NCBI GenBank assembly: GCA_964484935.1
Contig: CAZAFW010000001.1
Location: 69,351-133,350 of the forward strand
Source: an uncultured Peptostreptococcaceae bacterium
GTDB taxonomy: Bacteria > Bacillota > Clostridia > Peptostreptococcales > BM714
Length of the DNA stretch: 64,000 bases
Direction of reading: 5' to 3'
Below the pieces are notes generated by a model. That model was not told the origin of the DNA. It did not search any database and saw nothing but the letters and a program-made list of their open reading frames with translations. How positions within the stretch are numbered: position 1 is the stretch's first letter; every line of letters starts with the position of its first letter. Below are positions 39,865 through 51,084 of the stretch, piece by piece. The position numbers and the translations under genes were made by a program.

Positions 39865-41163
39865 TTAAACAATTTCTCCGAATATCACATCTGCATCGGC
39901 GCAATTGAGCCTTACCCGTCTTATTTGACCCGAAAGGATTTCTTCAGATTCCACTCTGACTTTTGTAAAATTAATGCAATGGCCCTCCCATATCCCTTCT
40001 TTGCAAATGTTCTCGAACAAAACTTGTTCCTCTCTGCCTATTTGAGATTGGGCAAAATCTTTGGCACATTCGCTTGCACACTTAATTGCTGCAAAACTCC
40101 TTGATTTTGCGACTGATGGATTTACATGCTTAGGCATTCCAGCCGCCGCTGTCCCTTTTCTTTTGGAATACCTGAAGACATGGATATCCTTAAAAGCCAT
40201 TTCCCTTATATAAGACAGTGTTTCTTCAAATGACTCATCGGTCTCGCCCGGAAATCCTACGATGAGATCGGTTGTGACTGCCGGATTGTCGAATATATTC
40301 CTTATGTCATCCATGATTTTAGAATATTGCTCCCTAGTATATTTTCTATTCATCGCTTTTAAAACGCTGTCTGAACCACTTTGAAGGGAAAGATGGAAAT
40401 GCGGACAAAATTTTTTGATCTGCACCAAACGCTTCAATCTATCTTCTGTGAAATATGTCGGTTCGCAAGAACCCAGCCTGATTCGATTGATTCCATCAAT
40501 CCCGGACAGTGCTTCGACAAGGTCCACCAGCTCAATATCGCTTTCCAAGTCTTTTCCATAAAAAGCCGATTGTATACCTATCAAAACAACTTCACTGTAT
40601 CCTCTTTCCGCCAAAAGCATAGACTCTTTCATTATTGATTCAAAAGGCCTGCTTCTGCTTCTTCCCCTTGTGTATGGTATTATGCAATATGAGCAAAAGT
40701 TGTCGCATCCGTCCTGTATTTTTATAAACGCCCTTGTTTTGCCTTCATGCTCATTAAGGCTGATATCCTCATATGTGTCTTCTATAAGAGGACAATCTTC
40801 GAAAACAAAGATTTCACCGCTCTCAATTCTCTTCAGCAAACTTTTTAGGCCCGCTTTATCTCGAGTTCCCATTATAATATTTACCCCTTCAATTTTCTCG
40901 ATGTCTCCAGGTGCTATTTGCGAATAACAACCTAAAACAGCAATTGTGGGTTTGGGAACCATTCTTGTGTATTTTCTTATAGCCTGCCTTGATTTGCGCT
41001 CTGCCAGGTGGGTAACACAGCATGTGTTGAACACCGCAATATCTGGAACTTGACCATCTTTTGTCTCTGCATATCCTTGGCCAATCAATGTTTCCCTTAT
41101 AGCTTCCGACTCGTATTGGTTTACCTTGCATCCTAGTGTCTCAATCAAAAATGTTTTTTTCAT
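39865..41163 (-). CDS. mtaB: tRNA t6A37 methylthiotransferase MtaB
   Basis: TLGCKVNQYE, NTCCVT, KIQDGCDNFCSYC radical-SAM motif, TRAM domain. Confidence 0.96.
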   Translation of the reverse strand: MKKTFLIETLGCKVNQYESEAIRETLIGQGYAETKDGQVPDIAVFNTCCVTHLAERKSRQAIRKYTRMVPKPTIAVLGCYSQIAPGDIEKIEGVNIIMGTRDKAGLKSLLKRIESGEIFVFEDCPLIEDTYEDISLNEHEGKTRAFIKIQDGCDNFCSYCIIPYTRGRSRSRPFESIMKESMLLAERGYSEVVLIGIQSAFYGKDLESDIELVDLVEALSGIDGINRIRLGSCEPTYFTEDRLKRLVQIKKFCPHFHLSLQSGSDSVLKAMNRKYTREQYSKIMDDIRNIFDNPAVTTDLIVGFPGETDESFEETLSYIREMAFKDIHVFRYSKRKGTAAAGMPKHVNPSVAKSRSFAAIKCASECAKDFAQSQIGREEQVLFENICKEGIWEGHCINFTKVRVESEEILSGQIRRVRLNCADADVIFGEIV

Positions 41164-41918
41164 TGACTGTTCTCAACTCCCCTCATATCTCCAAAAAGGA
41201 ATTGTATTATGCTAAGCGCTGCAAAACCGGCTGTTTCAGTTCTCAAAATTCGAGGCCCCAAAGATATCGAAACTGATCCGCAATTTTGGATTTCCTTGAC
41301 TTCCTCCGGGGAAAAACCCCCCTCCGGACCTACAATAACAGCTATACTTTTTAAATCTTCCCTATATGAGTCAAGACACTCGAAACCATTGCCTTTTTCA
41401 TTCTCATAAAGCAATATGGACTTGTCGTATTCCTTTAATTCCAAAAGCATTTCCTTGAATGAAAACGTCTCCTTTATTTGAGGTATGTCCGACCTTTTCG
41501 ACTGCTTGGCAGCCTCTTTCGCAATCCTTCGCCAGCGTTCAGTTTTCTTAAAAGAATTTTTTTCATCGATTTTAACTATTGTCCTTGATGAAACGTAAGG
41601 CTTTATTGAACTGATTCCAAGCTCAGTATTCTTCTGCACAATAAGATCCATGTTGTTTTTTTTGGGAAGTGCTTGAAACAAATCGACAAACGCCTTTTTA
41701 GCAACGGATTCTTCCCTGCTTGAAACAACTTTACCGTAAATTGCATTGTCTTCTATTGATACAATCTCAACAATAAAAACCTTTCCGTCGGGATCGCATG
41801 CTTCGAACACATGGCCTGGTTCGGACCTCAACACTTTTGCCAAATGCCTTATCTCGGCTACATCCTCAACCACAACTCTGCTTCCGTTTATCGGATTTTG
41901 GAAAAATATCCTATGCAT
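41160..41918 (-). CDS. rsmE: 16S rRNA m3U1498 methyltransferase RsmE
   Basis: HLAKVLR, QKNTELG, EAAKQS, VGPEGGFS, LGPRILRTETA. Confidence 0.96.
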   Translation of the reverse strand: MHRIFFQNPINGSRVVVEDVAEIRHLAKVLRSEPGHVFEACDPDGKVFIVEIVSIEDNAIYGKVVSSREESVAKKAFVDLFQALPKKNNMDLIVQKNTELGISSIKPYVSSRTIVKIDEKNSFKKTERWRRIAKEAAKQSKRSDIPQIKETFSFKEMLLELKEYDKSILLYENEKGNGFECLDSYREDLKSIAVIVGPEGGFSPEEVKEIQNCGSVSISLGPRILRTETAGFAALSIIQFLFGDMRGVENSQ

Positions 41919-41919
41919 C

Positions 41920-42876
41920 TCAATCTCTCCTTTTTAAAACCATTGCAGTCCATCCATTTTCTGTCTTTATTTCCAACACGTCAAAATATGCCGAATCATC
42001 AACTGCATCAAGCATTTCTTCCGTTTTTTCTTCCAATATGCCCGAAGCAATAAAAAATCCGCTTTTCTTGACAAACGGAACTGCAGTGTCAAGCAGATTC
42101 AATACCACATCATAAATTATATTTGCAATCATCAGGTCTGCAGGCGAGTCCAGGTCCTTGAGCAAATCCCCCTGCTTGATAATGCAGGTTTCTTCCGCTT
42201 TGTTTATTTTAACATTTTCTTTTGCCGCCTTTACGGCATCTCCGTCCATGTCAATTCCCAAGGCTTCAGCAGCTCCAAGCTTGGCTGCGGCCAAGGCCAA
42301 TATTCCGCTTCCGCATCCGATGTCATAAACCTTCATTCCATTTTTCATATATTTTTCTACAAATTCAATACACATTCGCGTCGTCTCGTGAGTGCCCGTT
42401 CCAAAAGCAAGCCCAGGATCCAATTCTATTACAATACTGTCTTCTGAAAAAATCGAATCTGCTTCATGCAGAGATTCCCAAGACGGTTTTATGATTATCC
42501 TGTTTCCTATTTTTATCGGTTTGAAATATTTTTTCCATTCTGTATTCCAGTCCCGATTCTTCAAAGGTTCAGCTTTCAATTCGAATTTTCCCTGTCCAAT
42601 TCGCTCTATGGCTGTTTCAAGACTCCCTCTCAAATCACTTATCAGCAAATCCAGTTCCCTATCCTGCCCTATATATCCCTTAAAAACGGTTTTCCCTTTT
42701 TCAACCGATACAAGGGACTCGTCGACATAATCCCAGCGGTTCCTGTCTCTGCATAAATCGTCAATAATTGATTCATCTTCAATAACAAGCCCCTCTATTC
42801 CGTGTTCAGCCAAAATGCCTATGACCGCATCTGCAACAACATTGTCGACCTTCAATACAATCTCGTTCCAATCCAT
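41920..42876 (-). CDS. prmA: Ribosomal protein L11 methyltransferase
   Basis: DPGLAFGTGTHETT, DIGCGSGIL, ANII. Start moved to MDWNEI after AAAGGAG. Confidence 0.96.
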   Translation of the reverse strand: MDWNEIVLKVDNVVADAVIGILAEHGIEGLVIEDESIIDDLCRDRNRWDYVDESLVSVEKGKTVFKGYIGQDRELDLLISDLRGSLETAIERIGQGKFELKAEPLKNRDWNTEWKKYFKPIKIGNRIIIKPSWESLHEADSIFSEDSIVIELDPGLAFGTGTHETTRMCIEFVEKYMKNGMKVYDIGCGSGILALAAAKLGAAEALGIDMDGDAVKAAKENVKINKAEETCIIKQGDLLKDLDSPADLMIANIIYDVVLNLLDTAVPFVKKSGFFIASGILEEKTEEMLDAVDDSAYFDVLEIKTENGWTAMVLKRRD

Positions 42877-42942
42877 AGGAAAACTCCTTTCATAAAAACC
42901 AAGATGCTGTTTTTTCAGCATCTTTAGTCTTGTCGCAAACAA

Positions 42943-44070
42943 TCAATTGAATGCATCCTTTACTTTGGAAAATATGCCTTTCTTTTTGGCCGACAAATCC
43001 ATTCCCAAGGTTTTTGAGAACTCCTTGAGCAACTCCTGCTGACGCTCGTCCAAATCCCTTGGTGTTTCAACAACCACCTTGACATAATGGTCGCCTCTAC
43101 CGTAGCCGTTCAACACAGGAACCCCTTTGCCTTTTAACCTGAACACGGTACCGGACTGAGTGCCCTCAGCTACCTCGTATTTCACTTTTCCGTCAAGAGT
43201 CTGAACGATTATCTCGTCTCCAATAGCCGCCTGCGCTATGTTGATATGCGCTTCGCTAAGTATGTCAAAGCCATCTCTCTTGAACGTTTCATGCTCCCTG
43301 ACCCTTATAACCACGTATACGTCGCCTTTGGGCCCTCCTTTTATTCCTGGCTCGCCTTCACCTCTAAGTGTCATTACCGATCCATTGTCGACTCCTGCAG
43401 GAATTTTAATTTTTATATTCTTTTTTTCCCTCTTTAGACCACTTCCGCCGCAATCGTGGCATGCTTCCTCAAAGGTTTTTCCTTCCCCGCCGCATGTTGG
43501 ACAGGTCTTTGCATTTACAAACTGCCCGAATGGAGTCCTTTGTGTATATCTGACTTCACCAGTTCCTCCGCAATTGCTGCATGTATTGACCTTTGTCCCT
43601 GGTTTTGCACCTGTTCCACCACATGTATCACATGTTTCGTTTCGAACTATTTCAATTTCCTTTTCGATTCCAAAGGCCGCTTCCTTGAATTCTATAATGG
43701 TTTCAACCTGAATGTCCCTGCCCTTGGCGGCCCGGCTCCTTCTTCTCGCGCCTCCGCCTCCAAACATATCGAATATGTCTCCAAAGATATCTTCAAATCC
43801 GGCTCCGCCTGCACCTGAGAAGCCTCCGAAGCCTTGTCCGTTTCCATTTAACCCTTCATGGCCAAACTGGTCGTAGCGACTTCTCTTTTGGGAGTCGCTG
43901 AGAACTTCATAAGCCTCATTGATTTCCTTGAATTTTTCCTCCGCTTCAGAATCACCTTTATTTCTGTCAGGATGATACTTCATCGCCATTTTTCTATATG
44001 CCTTCTTGATGTCCTTCTCGTCGGCGCCTTTGTCTATATCCAAAATTTCATAATAATCGCGTTTACTCAA
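42943..44070 (-). CDS. dnaJ: Chaperone DnaJ
   Basis: J domain with HPD, G/F region, four CxxCxGxG repeats. TTG start after GAAGGTGG. Confidence 0.98.
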   Translation of the reverse strand: MSKRDYYEILDIDKGADEKDIKKAYRKMAMKYHPDRNKGDSEAEEKFKEINEAYEVLSDSQKRSRYDQFGHEGLNGNGQGFGGFSGAGGAGFEDIFGDIFDMFGGGGARRRSRAAKGRDIQVETIIEFKEAAFGIEKEIEIVRNETCDTCGGTGAKPGTKVNTCSNCGGTGEVRYTQRTPFGQFVNAKTCPTCGGEGKTFEEACHDCGGSGLKREKKNIKIKIPAGVDNGSVMTLRGEGEPGIKGGPKGDVYVVIRVREHETFKRDGFDILSEAHINIAQAAIGDEIIVQTLDGKVKYEVAEGTQSGTVFRLKGKGVPVLNGYGRGDHYVKVVVETPRDLDERQQELLKEFSKTLGMDLSAKKKGIFSKVKDAFN

Positions 44071-44114
44071 AACTACGCCACCTTCCTGTTTTTTCTGCAG
44101 TGCTCTGCCCATTC

Positions 44115-44143
44115 ATTATAATGCATTCCTTGCTTTGATTCAA
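44115..44143 (-). promoter_or_regulatory. Internal SigA promoter upstream of dnaJ
   Basis: TTGAAT-17-TATAAT in the dnaK-dnaJ spacer, the same arrangement as the internal dnaJ promoter of B. subtilis. Confidence 0.7.
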
Positions 44144-44156
44144 CGCCATGCTCTTT

Positions 44157-44194
44157 TACGCACAAAGACACCCCACAGGGTGCCCATATGCGTA
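44157..44194 (-). terminator. Stem-loop after dnaK (terminator or stabiliser)
   Basis: TACGCATA..GGCACCC-TGTG-GGGTGTC..TGTGCGTA; no long U tract. Confidence 0.6.
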
Positions 44195-44205
44195 CATTTC
44201 AACTT

Positions 44206-46044
44206 CTACTCGTCTTCGTCGACAACCTCATAGTCTGCATCCACTACGTCATCGTCGGATTTCGAGTCTTCAGATTCGCCCGTTTGCGCCTGCGCCTGCT
44301 GCTCCGCCGCAGCCGCCTCATACATCTTTTGTGAAAGCGCATGGAAAGCATTTGTCATTTCCTCTGTAGCCTTCTTTATGGCCTCGATGTCATCGCCCTC
44401 AAGTTCCTTCTTAAGCGCCTCAAGTTTTTCTTCAACTGTTTTCTTTTCTTCCGGAGACACTTTGTCACCGACTTCCTTCAGGGCCTTTTCAGATTCATAC
44501 ATCAATGCATCGGCCTTGTTTCTTGTTTCGATTCCTTCTTTTTTCTTCTTGTCTTCCTCTGCAAAAGCTTCCGCTTCTTTTACCTTGTCCTTTATTTCAT
44601 CTTCCGAAAGATTCGTTGAAGCAGTTATTGTTATTTTCTGCTCTTTTCCTGTTCCCAAATCTTTGGCAGAAACATGGACTATTCCGTTTCTGTCTATATC
44701 GAATGTTACTTCTATTTGAGGAACTCCTCTTGGTGCAGGCGGAATGCCTGTCAATTGGAACCTTCCAAGCGTTATATTGCCAGTAGCCATTTCCCGCTCT
44801 CCTTGGAGAACGTGAATGTCAACTGCAGTCTGACTGTCCGCCGCAGTTGAGAATATCTGGCTCTTTTTGGTCGGTATTGTCGTATTTCTTTCAATCAGCT
44901 TTGTTGCAACACCGCCTAGAGTCTCTATTCCAAGCGAAAGAGGTGTCACGTCCAACAGGACAAGATCTTCAACCTCTCCTGTAATTACTCCTGCCTGTAT
45001 GGCCGCACCAATAGCAACACACTCATCGGGATTTATACCCTTGTCCGGAGTATTGCTTGTTATTTTCTTTACAGCTTCCTGCACTGCAGGAATCCTTGTA
45101 GATCCTCCGACAAGAATCACCTTGTCTATTTCGCTTGATGTTATTCCTGAATCCTTTATCGCATCACGCATCGGGCCTATTGTCTTTTGAACTAGATGAG
45201 ACGTCAGCTGATCGAACTTTGCTCTTGTGACATCCATGTTCATATGCAAAGGGCCTTCCGCTGTCGCAGTTATGAAAGGCAAATTTATGTTGGTCGTCTG
45301 AACTGTTGACAATTCCTTTTTTGCTTTCTCTGCGGCTTCCTTAAGTCTCTGCAAAGCCATTCTGTCCTTCTTGAGGTCGACTCCGTACTCCTTCTTGAAG
45401 CTCTCCGCCATAAAGTCCATCAAAACATTGTCGAAATCATCCCCTCCGAGATGATTGTCTCCCTTGGTTGCCAGAACTTCGAAAACTCCCTCTCCTATTT
45501 CAAGTATTGAAACGTCGAAAGTTCCTCCGCCCAAGTCATATACCAGTATCTTTTGGTCATGGTCGGGTTTGTCAAGTCCATAAGCAAGAGAGGCGGCCGT
45601 AGGCTCGTTGATTATCCTTTCAACCTTGAGTCCGGCTATTCTTCCCGCATCCTTTGTCGCTTGGCGCTGGCTGTCCGTGAAATAAGCGGGAACAGTTATT
45701 ACCGCATCGGTCACTTTTTCTCCCAGATATGCTTCCGCATCCGCTTTAAGCTTCATAAGAATGTACGCCGAAATATCCTGCGGTGTATATTCTTTTCCAT
45801 CGATAGACACACTATGGTTTGTTCCCATCTCCCTCTTTATGGATGTCACAGTTCTGTCCGGATTTGTTATAGCCTGTCTTTTTGCCGTTTCTCCAACCAA
45901 GCGCTCCCCGTTTTTCGCAAAAGCCACTATGGACGGGGTCGTCCTGTTGCCTTCGGCATTAGGTATGATTGTAGGTTCTCCACCTTCCAAAACTGCAACA
46001 CAAGAGTTTGTTGTTCCCAAGTCAATTCCTATTACTTTCCCCAT
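44206..46044 (-). CDS. dnaK: Chaperone DnaK
   Basis: [39 protein letters not shown]. Confidence 0.99.
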   Translation of the reverse strand: MGKVIGIDLGTTNSCVAVLEGGEPTIIPNAEGNRTTPSIVAFAKNGERLVGETAKRQAITNPDRTVTSIKREMGTNHSVSIDGKEYTPQDISAYILMKLKADAEAYLGEKVTDAVITVPAYFTDSQRQATKDAGRIAGLKVERIINEPTAASLAYGLDKPDHDQKILVYDLGGGTFDVSILEIGEGVFEVLATKGDNHLGGDDFDNVLMDFMAESFKKEYGVDLKKDRMALQRLKEAAEKAKKELSTVQTTNINLPFITATAEGPLHMNMDVTRAKFDQLTSHLVQKTIGPMRDAIKDSGITSSEIDKVILVGGSTRIPAVQEAVKKITSNTPDKGINPDECVAIGAAIQAGVITGEVEDLVLLDVTPLSLGIETLGGVATKLIERNTTIPTKKSQIFSTAADSQTAVDIHVLQGEREMATGNITLGRFQLTGIPPAPRGVPQIEVTFDIDRNGIVHVSAKDLGTGKEQKITITASTNLSEDEIKDKVKEAEAFAEEDKKKKEGIETRNKADALMYESEKALKEVGDKVSPEEKKTVEEKLEALKKELEGDDIEAIKKATEEMTNAFHALSQKMYEAAAAEQQAQAQTGESEDSKSDDDVVDADYEVVDEDE

Positions 46045-46085
46045 TTTTATTCCTCCTTAATTTGCTAAAATTTATATATGGTTGG

Positions 46086-46661
46086 CTATTTAGCCACTTT
46101 TACCATGCTCGGCCTGATCACTTTGTCGTTTAGGCTGTAGCCAGTCTGAAAAACCTCAATAACTGTTTCCGCTTCGAATTCATCGGATTCCTCCATCATT
46201 ACAGCATGATGGTAATTTGGATCAAATGGTTTTCCTACAGCATCGATTTTTTTAATTCCATTCGAATTCAATACATCGCATAACTGCTTGTATACCATCT
46301 CAATACCTTTGAGCATTTTTTCCGAAGTCCCATTTTCCGATTCCGCCGAAAAAACGGCTCTTTCAAAATTGTCCATTACTGGGAGAAGATCACAAATCAA
46401 TTTTTCATTTGCATAGCTGTAAATATCTTTCTTCTCTTTTTCTACTCTTTTCTTAAAATTCCTGAAATCCGATGAGACTCTCAAAAATCTTTCATTCATT
46501 TCATTGAATTCCTTCTCCAAAGACTCATAGGAATCCTCTTGCTCCTCTTCCGTTTCATTGTCGGCATCCTGATTTGTCTCCGACTCCTCATCTTTTAACT
46601 TTATTCCTTCATCTTCCTTTTCAAAACCTTCCAAATTTTCATTGGCTTCTTTATTTTCCAT
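46086..46661 (-). CDS. grpE: Nucleotide exchange factor GrpE
   Basis: DFRNFKKR, LLPVMDNFERA, FDPNYH, GY.L..KVIRP.MV.V. Confidence 0.96.
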   Translation of the reverse strand: MENKEANENLEGFEKEDEGIKLKDEESETNQDADNETEEEQEDSYESLEKEFNEMNERFLRVSSDFRNFKKRVEKEKKDIYSYANEKLICDLLPVMDNFERAVFSAESENGTSEKMLKGIEMVYKQLCDVLNSNGIKKIDAVGKPFDPNYHHAVMMEESDEFEAETVIEVFQTGYSLNDKVIRPSMVKVAK

Positions 46662-47709
46662 CCCCATTCACCTCTTCACTCATTTGATTCTGCACTGAAA
46701 AAACATCTGTCAATGTGTCCGTCATATACTCCACGAGGGAAATTATCTTTGGATAATTTATCCGCGTAGGACCTATCACACCAATTTTTCCTATAACTCT
46801 TCCATTAAGCTTGTAAGTGGCAGTGACCAAGCTGCATTCCTTGATTTCGTCCCACTGGTTTTCCTTGCCGATACGAACCGATATGTCCTTTTCAAGGTCT
46901 TCGCGTAGAACTATCGACAATTTGTCCTTCTTGTCGAGCGCATCCAAAATACACTTTGCCTTTTCGACATCGCTGAATTCCGGAGTATGCAGCACATTTG
47001 ATATGCCGCTCAGGTAGATTCTGCTCGCAGAACTGCTGTTCATGTGGGACCCTATAGATTCAATAAGATGGTCCACAAAGCTCAGATGATTTTCAAAACC
47101 GCTTTCCATCGCTAGGATTTCTTCCTTATCCAACCGGTTTGCATCCTTGCCTTTCAATCGATATTTGAGCATGTTTGAAATTTTGTCCAATTCCTCCTGG
47201 CTCAAATTATTTGTTCTTATGACCAAGTCCTTCACGATTCCTGATTCCGATACCAGTACAAGCAATGCCCTTGTTTCGCCCAACTTAATAATTTTAAGGT
47301 TTTTCAAGCGGCTTTCCTTGAAATCAGGTGTCAAAATGAAAGATGTCAAATCAGACATCTGAGAAAGAATTTTAGAAGCCTGCCTGATTATTTCTTCCGA
47401 TTCAAGCATCCTGCTTACAAGCTGGTCCCTTATGGATTTTTTTTGTATATTGGCCATCTTGTACAATCTCATAAGATTGTCCACATATAGCCTGTACCCC
47501 TCATCCGAAGGAATCCGTCCTGACGATGTGTGAAGCTGCTCAATGAATCCCAATTCCTCCAAATCCGCCATTTCGTTGCGGATTGTGGCTGAACTCACAC
47601 CTAAATTGTATTTTCTTGAAAGAGTTCTGGAGCCGACCGGCTGAGCCGTTTGAATAAAATCATCGACAATAGCCTGGAAGATTCTCAATTGCCGCTCCGT
47701 CAATAGCAT
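46651..47709 (-). CDS. hrcA: Heat-inducible repressor HrcA
   Basis: LTERQ, PVGSRTL, SSATIRNEM, HTSSGRIPS, GVIGPTR. Confidence 0.97.
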   Translation of the reverse strand: MLLTERQLRIFQAIVDDFIQTAQPVGSRTLSRKYNLGVSSATIRNEMADLEELGFIEQLHTSSGRIPSDEGYRLYVDNLMRLYKMANIQKKSIRDQLVSRMLESEEIIRQASKILSQMSDLTSFILTPDFKESRLKNLKIIKLGETRALLVLVSESGIVKDLVIRTNNLSQEELDKISNMLKYRLKGKDANRLDKEEILAMESGFENHLSFVDHLIESIGSHMNSSSASRIYLSGISNVLHTPEFSDVEKAKCILDALDKKDKLSIVLREDLEKDISVRIGKENQWDEIKECSLVTATYKLNGRVIGKIGVIGPTRINYPKIISLVEYMTDTLTDVFSVQNQMSEEVNGDGK

Positions 47710-47726
47710 GAGGCCACCTCCTGTTA

Positions 47727-47753
47727 TTAGCACTCTATCTCGTTGAGTGCTAA
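47727..47753. promoter_or_regulatory. CIRCE operator (HrcA site)
   Basis: Perfect TTAGCACTC-N9-GAGTGCTAA between the promoter and the hrcA SD. Confidence 0.98.
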
Positions 47754-47765
47754 CGCCATGACTAT

Positions 47766-47794
47766 AAACTAACACTTAAAAAACAATTTGTCAA
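47766..47794 (-). promoter_or_regulatory. SigA promoter of the hrcA-dnaK operon
   Basis: TTGACA-17-TAGTTT with TG extension; the -35 box overlaps the hemW stop codon. Confidence 0.75.
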
Positions 47795-48948
47795 TAATTT
47801 TGATCTATAACATTCAAAAATTCAAGAAATACAGAATTTGAAAGATCCATTCCTTTTCGCGTCAATAAAAGTCTCCCGTTTTCAACAACAACAAGCCCAT
47901 TTTTTTTTAGAGCTGCTGTAGTTTTTTTAAATGTTCTTTCAAAATCAATCCCAATCCTTTTACCTGCAGGCTCCATATCAATTCCAGAGGTCATTCTAAG
48001 CCCAAGAAAAATTTCTTCAAAGATTTCATCCCTTTGCGTCAAAATTTCGCTTTCAACAATACGGGTTTTGCCTTCTTGGGCCCTTTTCACGTAATCCTCG
48101 AAACTGCTTGTGTTTTGACAACGTTCTTTTCCTATGAATGAATGTGCTGCAACGCCCAGCCCAAGGTAGTTTCCGCGCTCCCAATAGTTTTTATTGTGAA
48201 GAGACTCCCGGCCCTCTTTTGCGTAATTTGAGACCTCATATTGACAATATCCTCTTGAAGCAAGAAAATCCGTGCAGAAATGGTGCATCTCCCTATCCTC
48301 TTTCTCTTCGGGAAAAATTCCGGGACTATTGTTCAGTAATTTCATAATTGGCGTATTTTCGTTGACAATAAGGCTGTATGATGATATGTGCTCCGGCGAC
48401 AATTCATCAGCGGCTATCCCAAGGTCTTTCTTCCATCTGTCCATCGTCTGCCCCGGCAAGCCATACATCAGATCTATGCTTATGTTTTCGAAGCCGCCTT
48501 TTCTTGCATGTTCGAATGCAAGTAGGCTTTGCCTGCTGTCGTGCACCCTTCCTATTTGCTTTAGAATACAATCGTCAAAACTCTGAATTCCAATGCTTAA
48601 ACGGTTGTAGCCCGCAAGCAGCAATCTCTTTGAATCTCTTTCAAGAATAGAATCCGGATTTGCTTCCATTGTAATTTCAGCATTCTTTTCAATATGTGCC
48701 TTTGAGGCGATTGCAGAAATAAGTTCTTCATGAAAATCTTCCGGCATCAGGCTCGGGGTCCCTCCCCCAATAAAAATGCTTTTTATTTCAAAATCAGACA
48801 ATAACTCCGAATAACTTTCGATTTCACTTAATAGAGCCTTCCTGTAAGCTTTTACAGCCTCAGGTTCATATTTGAAAGAAATAAAATCACAATATGCGCA
48901 CTTTCTGACGCAAAACGGTATGTGTACATACACTGACAATTTTTTCAT
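47791..48948 (-). CDS. hemW: Radical-SAM heme chaperone HemW (HemN-like)
   Basis: YVHIPFCVRKCAYCDF, GGGTPS, EANP, DLMYGLP, YEVSNYA; between lepA and hrcA. Confidence 0.93.
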   Translation of the reverse strand: MKKLSVYVHIPFCVRKCAYCDFISFKYEPEAVKAYRKALLSEIESYSELLSDFEIKSIFIGGGTPSLMPEDFHEELISAIASKAHIEKNAEITMEANPDSILERDSKRLLLAGYNRLSIGIQSFDDCILKQIGRVHDSRQSLLAFEHARKGGFENISIDLMYGLPGQTMDRWKKDLGIAADELSPEHISSYSLIVNENTPIMKLLNNSPGIFPEEKEDREMHHFCTDFLASRGYCQYEVSNYAKEGRESLHNKNYWERGNYLGLGVAAHSFIGKERCQNTSSFEDYVKRAQEGKTRIVESEILTQRDEIFEEIFLGLRMTSGIDMEPAGKRIGIDFERTFKKTTAALKKNGLVVVENGRLLLTRKGMDLSNSVFLEFLNVIDQNY

Positions 48949-49001
48949 TGAAAACTCCTCCCTTCCGGCAAGCAAAATACTTTTTTGCACTTAAACAAAA
49001 A

Positions 49002-49104
49002 ACTGATGCAGACAATGTTTCAGCAATGCCCTTGAAAGCTGTCCGGGGCGGATAACCACCTCATGTCCTTCTTAAGCGTATGGAAACAGGATATCTGCAT
49101 CAGT
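49002..49104. ncRNA. Unassigned structured element (~103 nt); probably also the lepA terminator
   Basis: Perfect 11-bp outer stem ACTGATGCAGA/TCTGCATCAGT, inner TGTTTC/GAAACA helix, apical GGTGG-TTAT-CCGCC hairpin, T tract on the minus strand. Confidence 0.5.
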
Positions 49105-49111
49105 CTCGATT

Positions 49112-50926
49112 TTATTTCTTTTCATCCAATCTTAAAACGGCCAGAAAAGCGTCCTGTGGAACTTCCACATTTCCAAGCATCCTCATTTTTTTCTTGCCTT
49201 CCTTTTGTTTCTCAAGCAATTTTCTCTTTCTAGATATGTCTCCGCCATAGCATTTTGCCAATACATCTTTCCTCATCGCCTTAATGTTTTCACGTGCAAC
49301 CACCTTGTTTCCTATTGCCGCCTGAATCGGTATGACAAACATGTGCCTTGGAATTACGTCCTTGAGCTTTTCGCATATTGACCTTCCTCTTTGCACAGCC
49401 TTGCTTTCATGGGCAATCATAGAAAAAGCATCAACAACTTCCCTGTTTATAAGGATGTCAAGCCTTACAAGCTTGGATTTTCTATACTCTTTTATGCTGT
49501 AGTCCAAAGAGCCGTATCCTCTTGTTTTCGACTTGAGCACATCAAAGAAATCGTATATGACTTCATTTAGTGGAAGTTCATAGTGAAGTATAACCCTGTT
49601 TTCGTCGATATACTCCATGTTCAGCAAAGTGCCTCTGCGGTCCTGGCACAGCTCCATAATATTCCCTACATATTGATTGGGAAGCATTATGCTTGCATCT
49701 ACAATCGGTTCCTCCATATAATCGATTTCACTTTCCTTTGGCATGTCTGTCGGGTTTTGGATTTCCTTGACGCTTCCATCCGTTTTCTTTATCTTATAGA
49801 TTACACTTGGGAGCGTTGCAATCATGTTGAGTCCAAATTCACGTTCAAGCCTCTGTTGAATTATTTCCAAGTGGAGCAATCCGAGAAATCCGCATCTGTA
49901 TCCAAAGCCCAAAGCGACAGACACTTCCGGTTCGTAAACAAGGGAAGCATCGTTTAGCTGCAGCTTCTCAAGCGCATCTCCTATGTTCTCGTACTTTTCA
50001 CCCTCTGCCGGATAAATACCGCAATAGACCATGGGTGTGACTTGCTTGTAGCCCGGCAAAGCAGATTCGCAAGGGTTTTTATCCAACGTTATTGTGTCGC
50101 CCACCCGGCAGTTTTCAACATCTTTTATGCTTGCCGTAAGGAATCCCACGTCTCCAGCTCCAAGCATCTTTTTGGAGATCATGTTTGGAGAAAAAACCCC
50201 CACATCTGCAACTTCGAACGTTTCACCCGTTGAAACCATCCTTATGATGTCCTTGGGAGAAACCTTTCCCTCAACCACCCTTATGTTGGCTACGGCTCCT
50301 TTGTAGCTGTCGTAATAAGAGTCGAAAATCAATGCCTTAAGCGGTTTCTCGTCTTTTCCCCCAGGCGGAGGAATCATCTCCACAATAGCCTCGAGAACCT
50401 CTTCAATATTTACCCCGTTTTTTGCTGAGATGAGGGGCGCATTTGATGCATCGATTCCTATTATCTCTTCGATTTCCTCTTTAACCTCTTTAACTCTGGC
50501 ACTGGGCAGATCTATCTTGTTTATTACGGGCAAGATTTCCAAATCCTGGTCTATGGCCAAATAAACATTTGCCAAGGTCTGGGCCTCTACCCCCTGGCTT
50601 GCGTCAACAACCAGGATTGCTCCCTCGCATGCTGCTAGGCTTCTTGAAACCTCGTAATTGAAGTCTACATGTCCGGGTGTGTCTATCAGATTCAAATAAT
50701 ACTCTTCCCCGTCCGAATGCTTATAAACCAATTGTATGCTCTGCAGCTTTATTGTAATTCCCCGTTCTCTTTCGAGTTCCATATTGTCAAGCACCTGATT
50801 CTTCATTTCCCTTTGTGAAATGAGGCCGGTCTTTTCAATCAACCTGTCAGCCAAAGTGGATTTACCGTGGTCTATATGCGCTATTATGGAAAAATTCCTT
50901 GTCCTCTCTTTATGTCCTTCTGTCAT
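49112..50926 (-). CDS. lepA: Translation elongation factor 4
   Basis: [51 protein letters not shown]. Confidence 0.99.
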   Translation of the reverse strand: MTEGHKERTRNFSIIAHIDHGKSTLADRLIEKTGLISQREMKNQVLDNMELERERGITIKLQSIQLVYKHSDGEEYYLNLIDTPGHVDFNYEVSRSLAACEGAILVVDASQGVEAQTLANVYLAIDQDLEILPVINKIDLPSARVKEVKEEIEEIIGIDASNAPLISAKNGVNIEEVLEAIVEMIPPPGGKDEKPLKALIFDSYYDSYKGAVANIRVVEGKVSPKDIIRMVSTGETFEVADVGVFSPNMISKKMLGAGDVGFLTASIKDVENCRVGDTITLDKNPCESALPGYKQVTPMVYCGIYPAEGEKYENIGDALEKLQLNDASLVYEPEVSVALGFGYRCGFLGLLHLEIIQQRLEREFGLNMIATLPSVIYKIKKTDGSVKEIQNPTDMPKESEIDYMEEPIVDASIMLPNQYVGNIMELCQDRRGTLLNMEYIDENRVILHYELPLNEVIYDFFDVLKSKTRGYGSLDYSIKEYRKSKLVRLDILINREVVDAFSMIAHESKAVQRGRSICEKLKDVIPRHMFVIPIQAAIGNKVVARENIKAMRKDVLAKCYGGDISRKRKLLEKQKEGKKKMRMLGNVEVPQDAFLAVLRLDEKK

Positions 50927-51018
50927 GCCTGATCCTCCTCAAATACTCTTGAAATTGCTCAATCCATTATAACACAGGTCAACATAAGCGTATAGTTTTA
51001 GAATTGCCAAAGTCTTAC

Positions 51019-51047
51019 TTGCATTATGCATTTTATCATGGTAAAAT
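51019..51047 (+). promoter_or_regulatory. SigA promoter of rpsT
   Basis: TTGCAT-17-TAAAAT. The divergent lepA promoter has TGT-TATAAT near 50967-50975 on the minus strand. Confidence 0.75.
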
Positions 51048-51084
51048 ATCCTTTGTCAGTTAGATTACAAGGGGGTGAACGAAA

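Noticed and set aside
43238-46068. Plus-strand ORFs opposite dnaJ and dnaK
   Set aside because: Well-known antisense artefacts of hsp70/hsp40 genes; no independent expression signals.
49002-49104. TPP riboswitch or 6S RNA identity for the lepA-hemW element
   Set aside because: The plus strand has CCCTTGAA...GGATAA...GCGTA but lacks CTGAGA and points the wrong way. At about 105 nt it is too short for 6S and has no central bubble.
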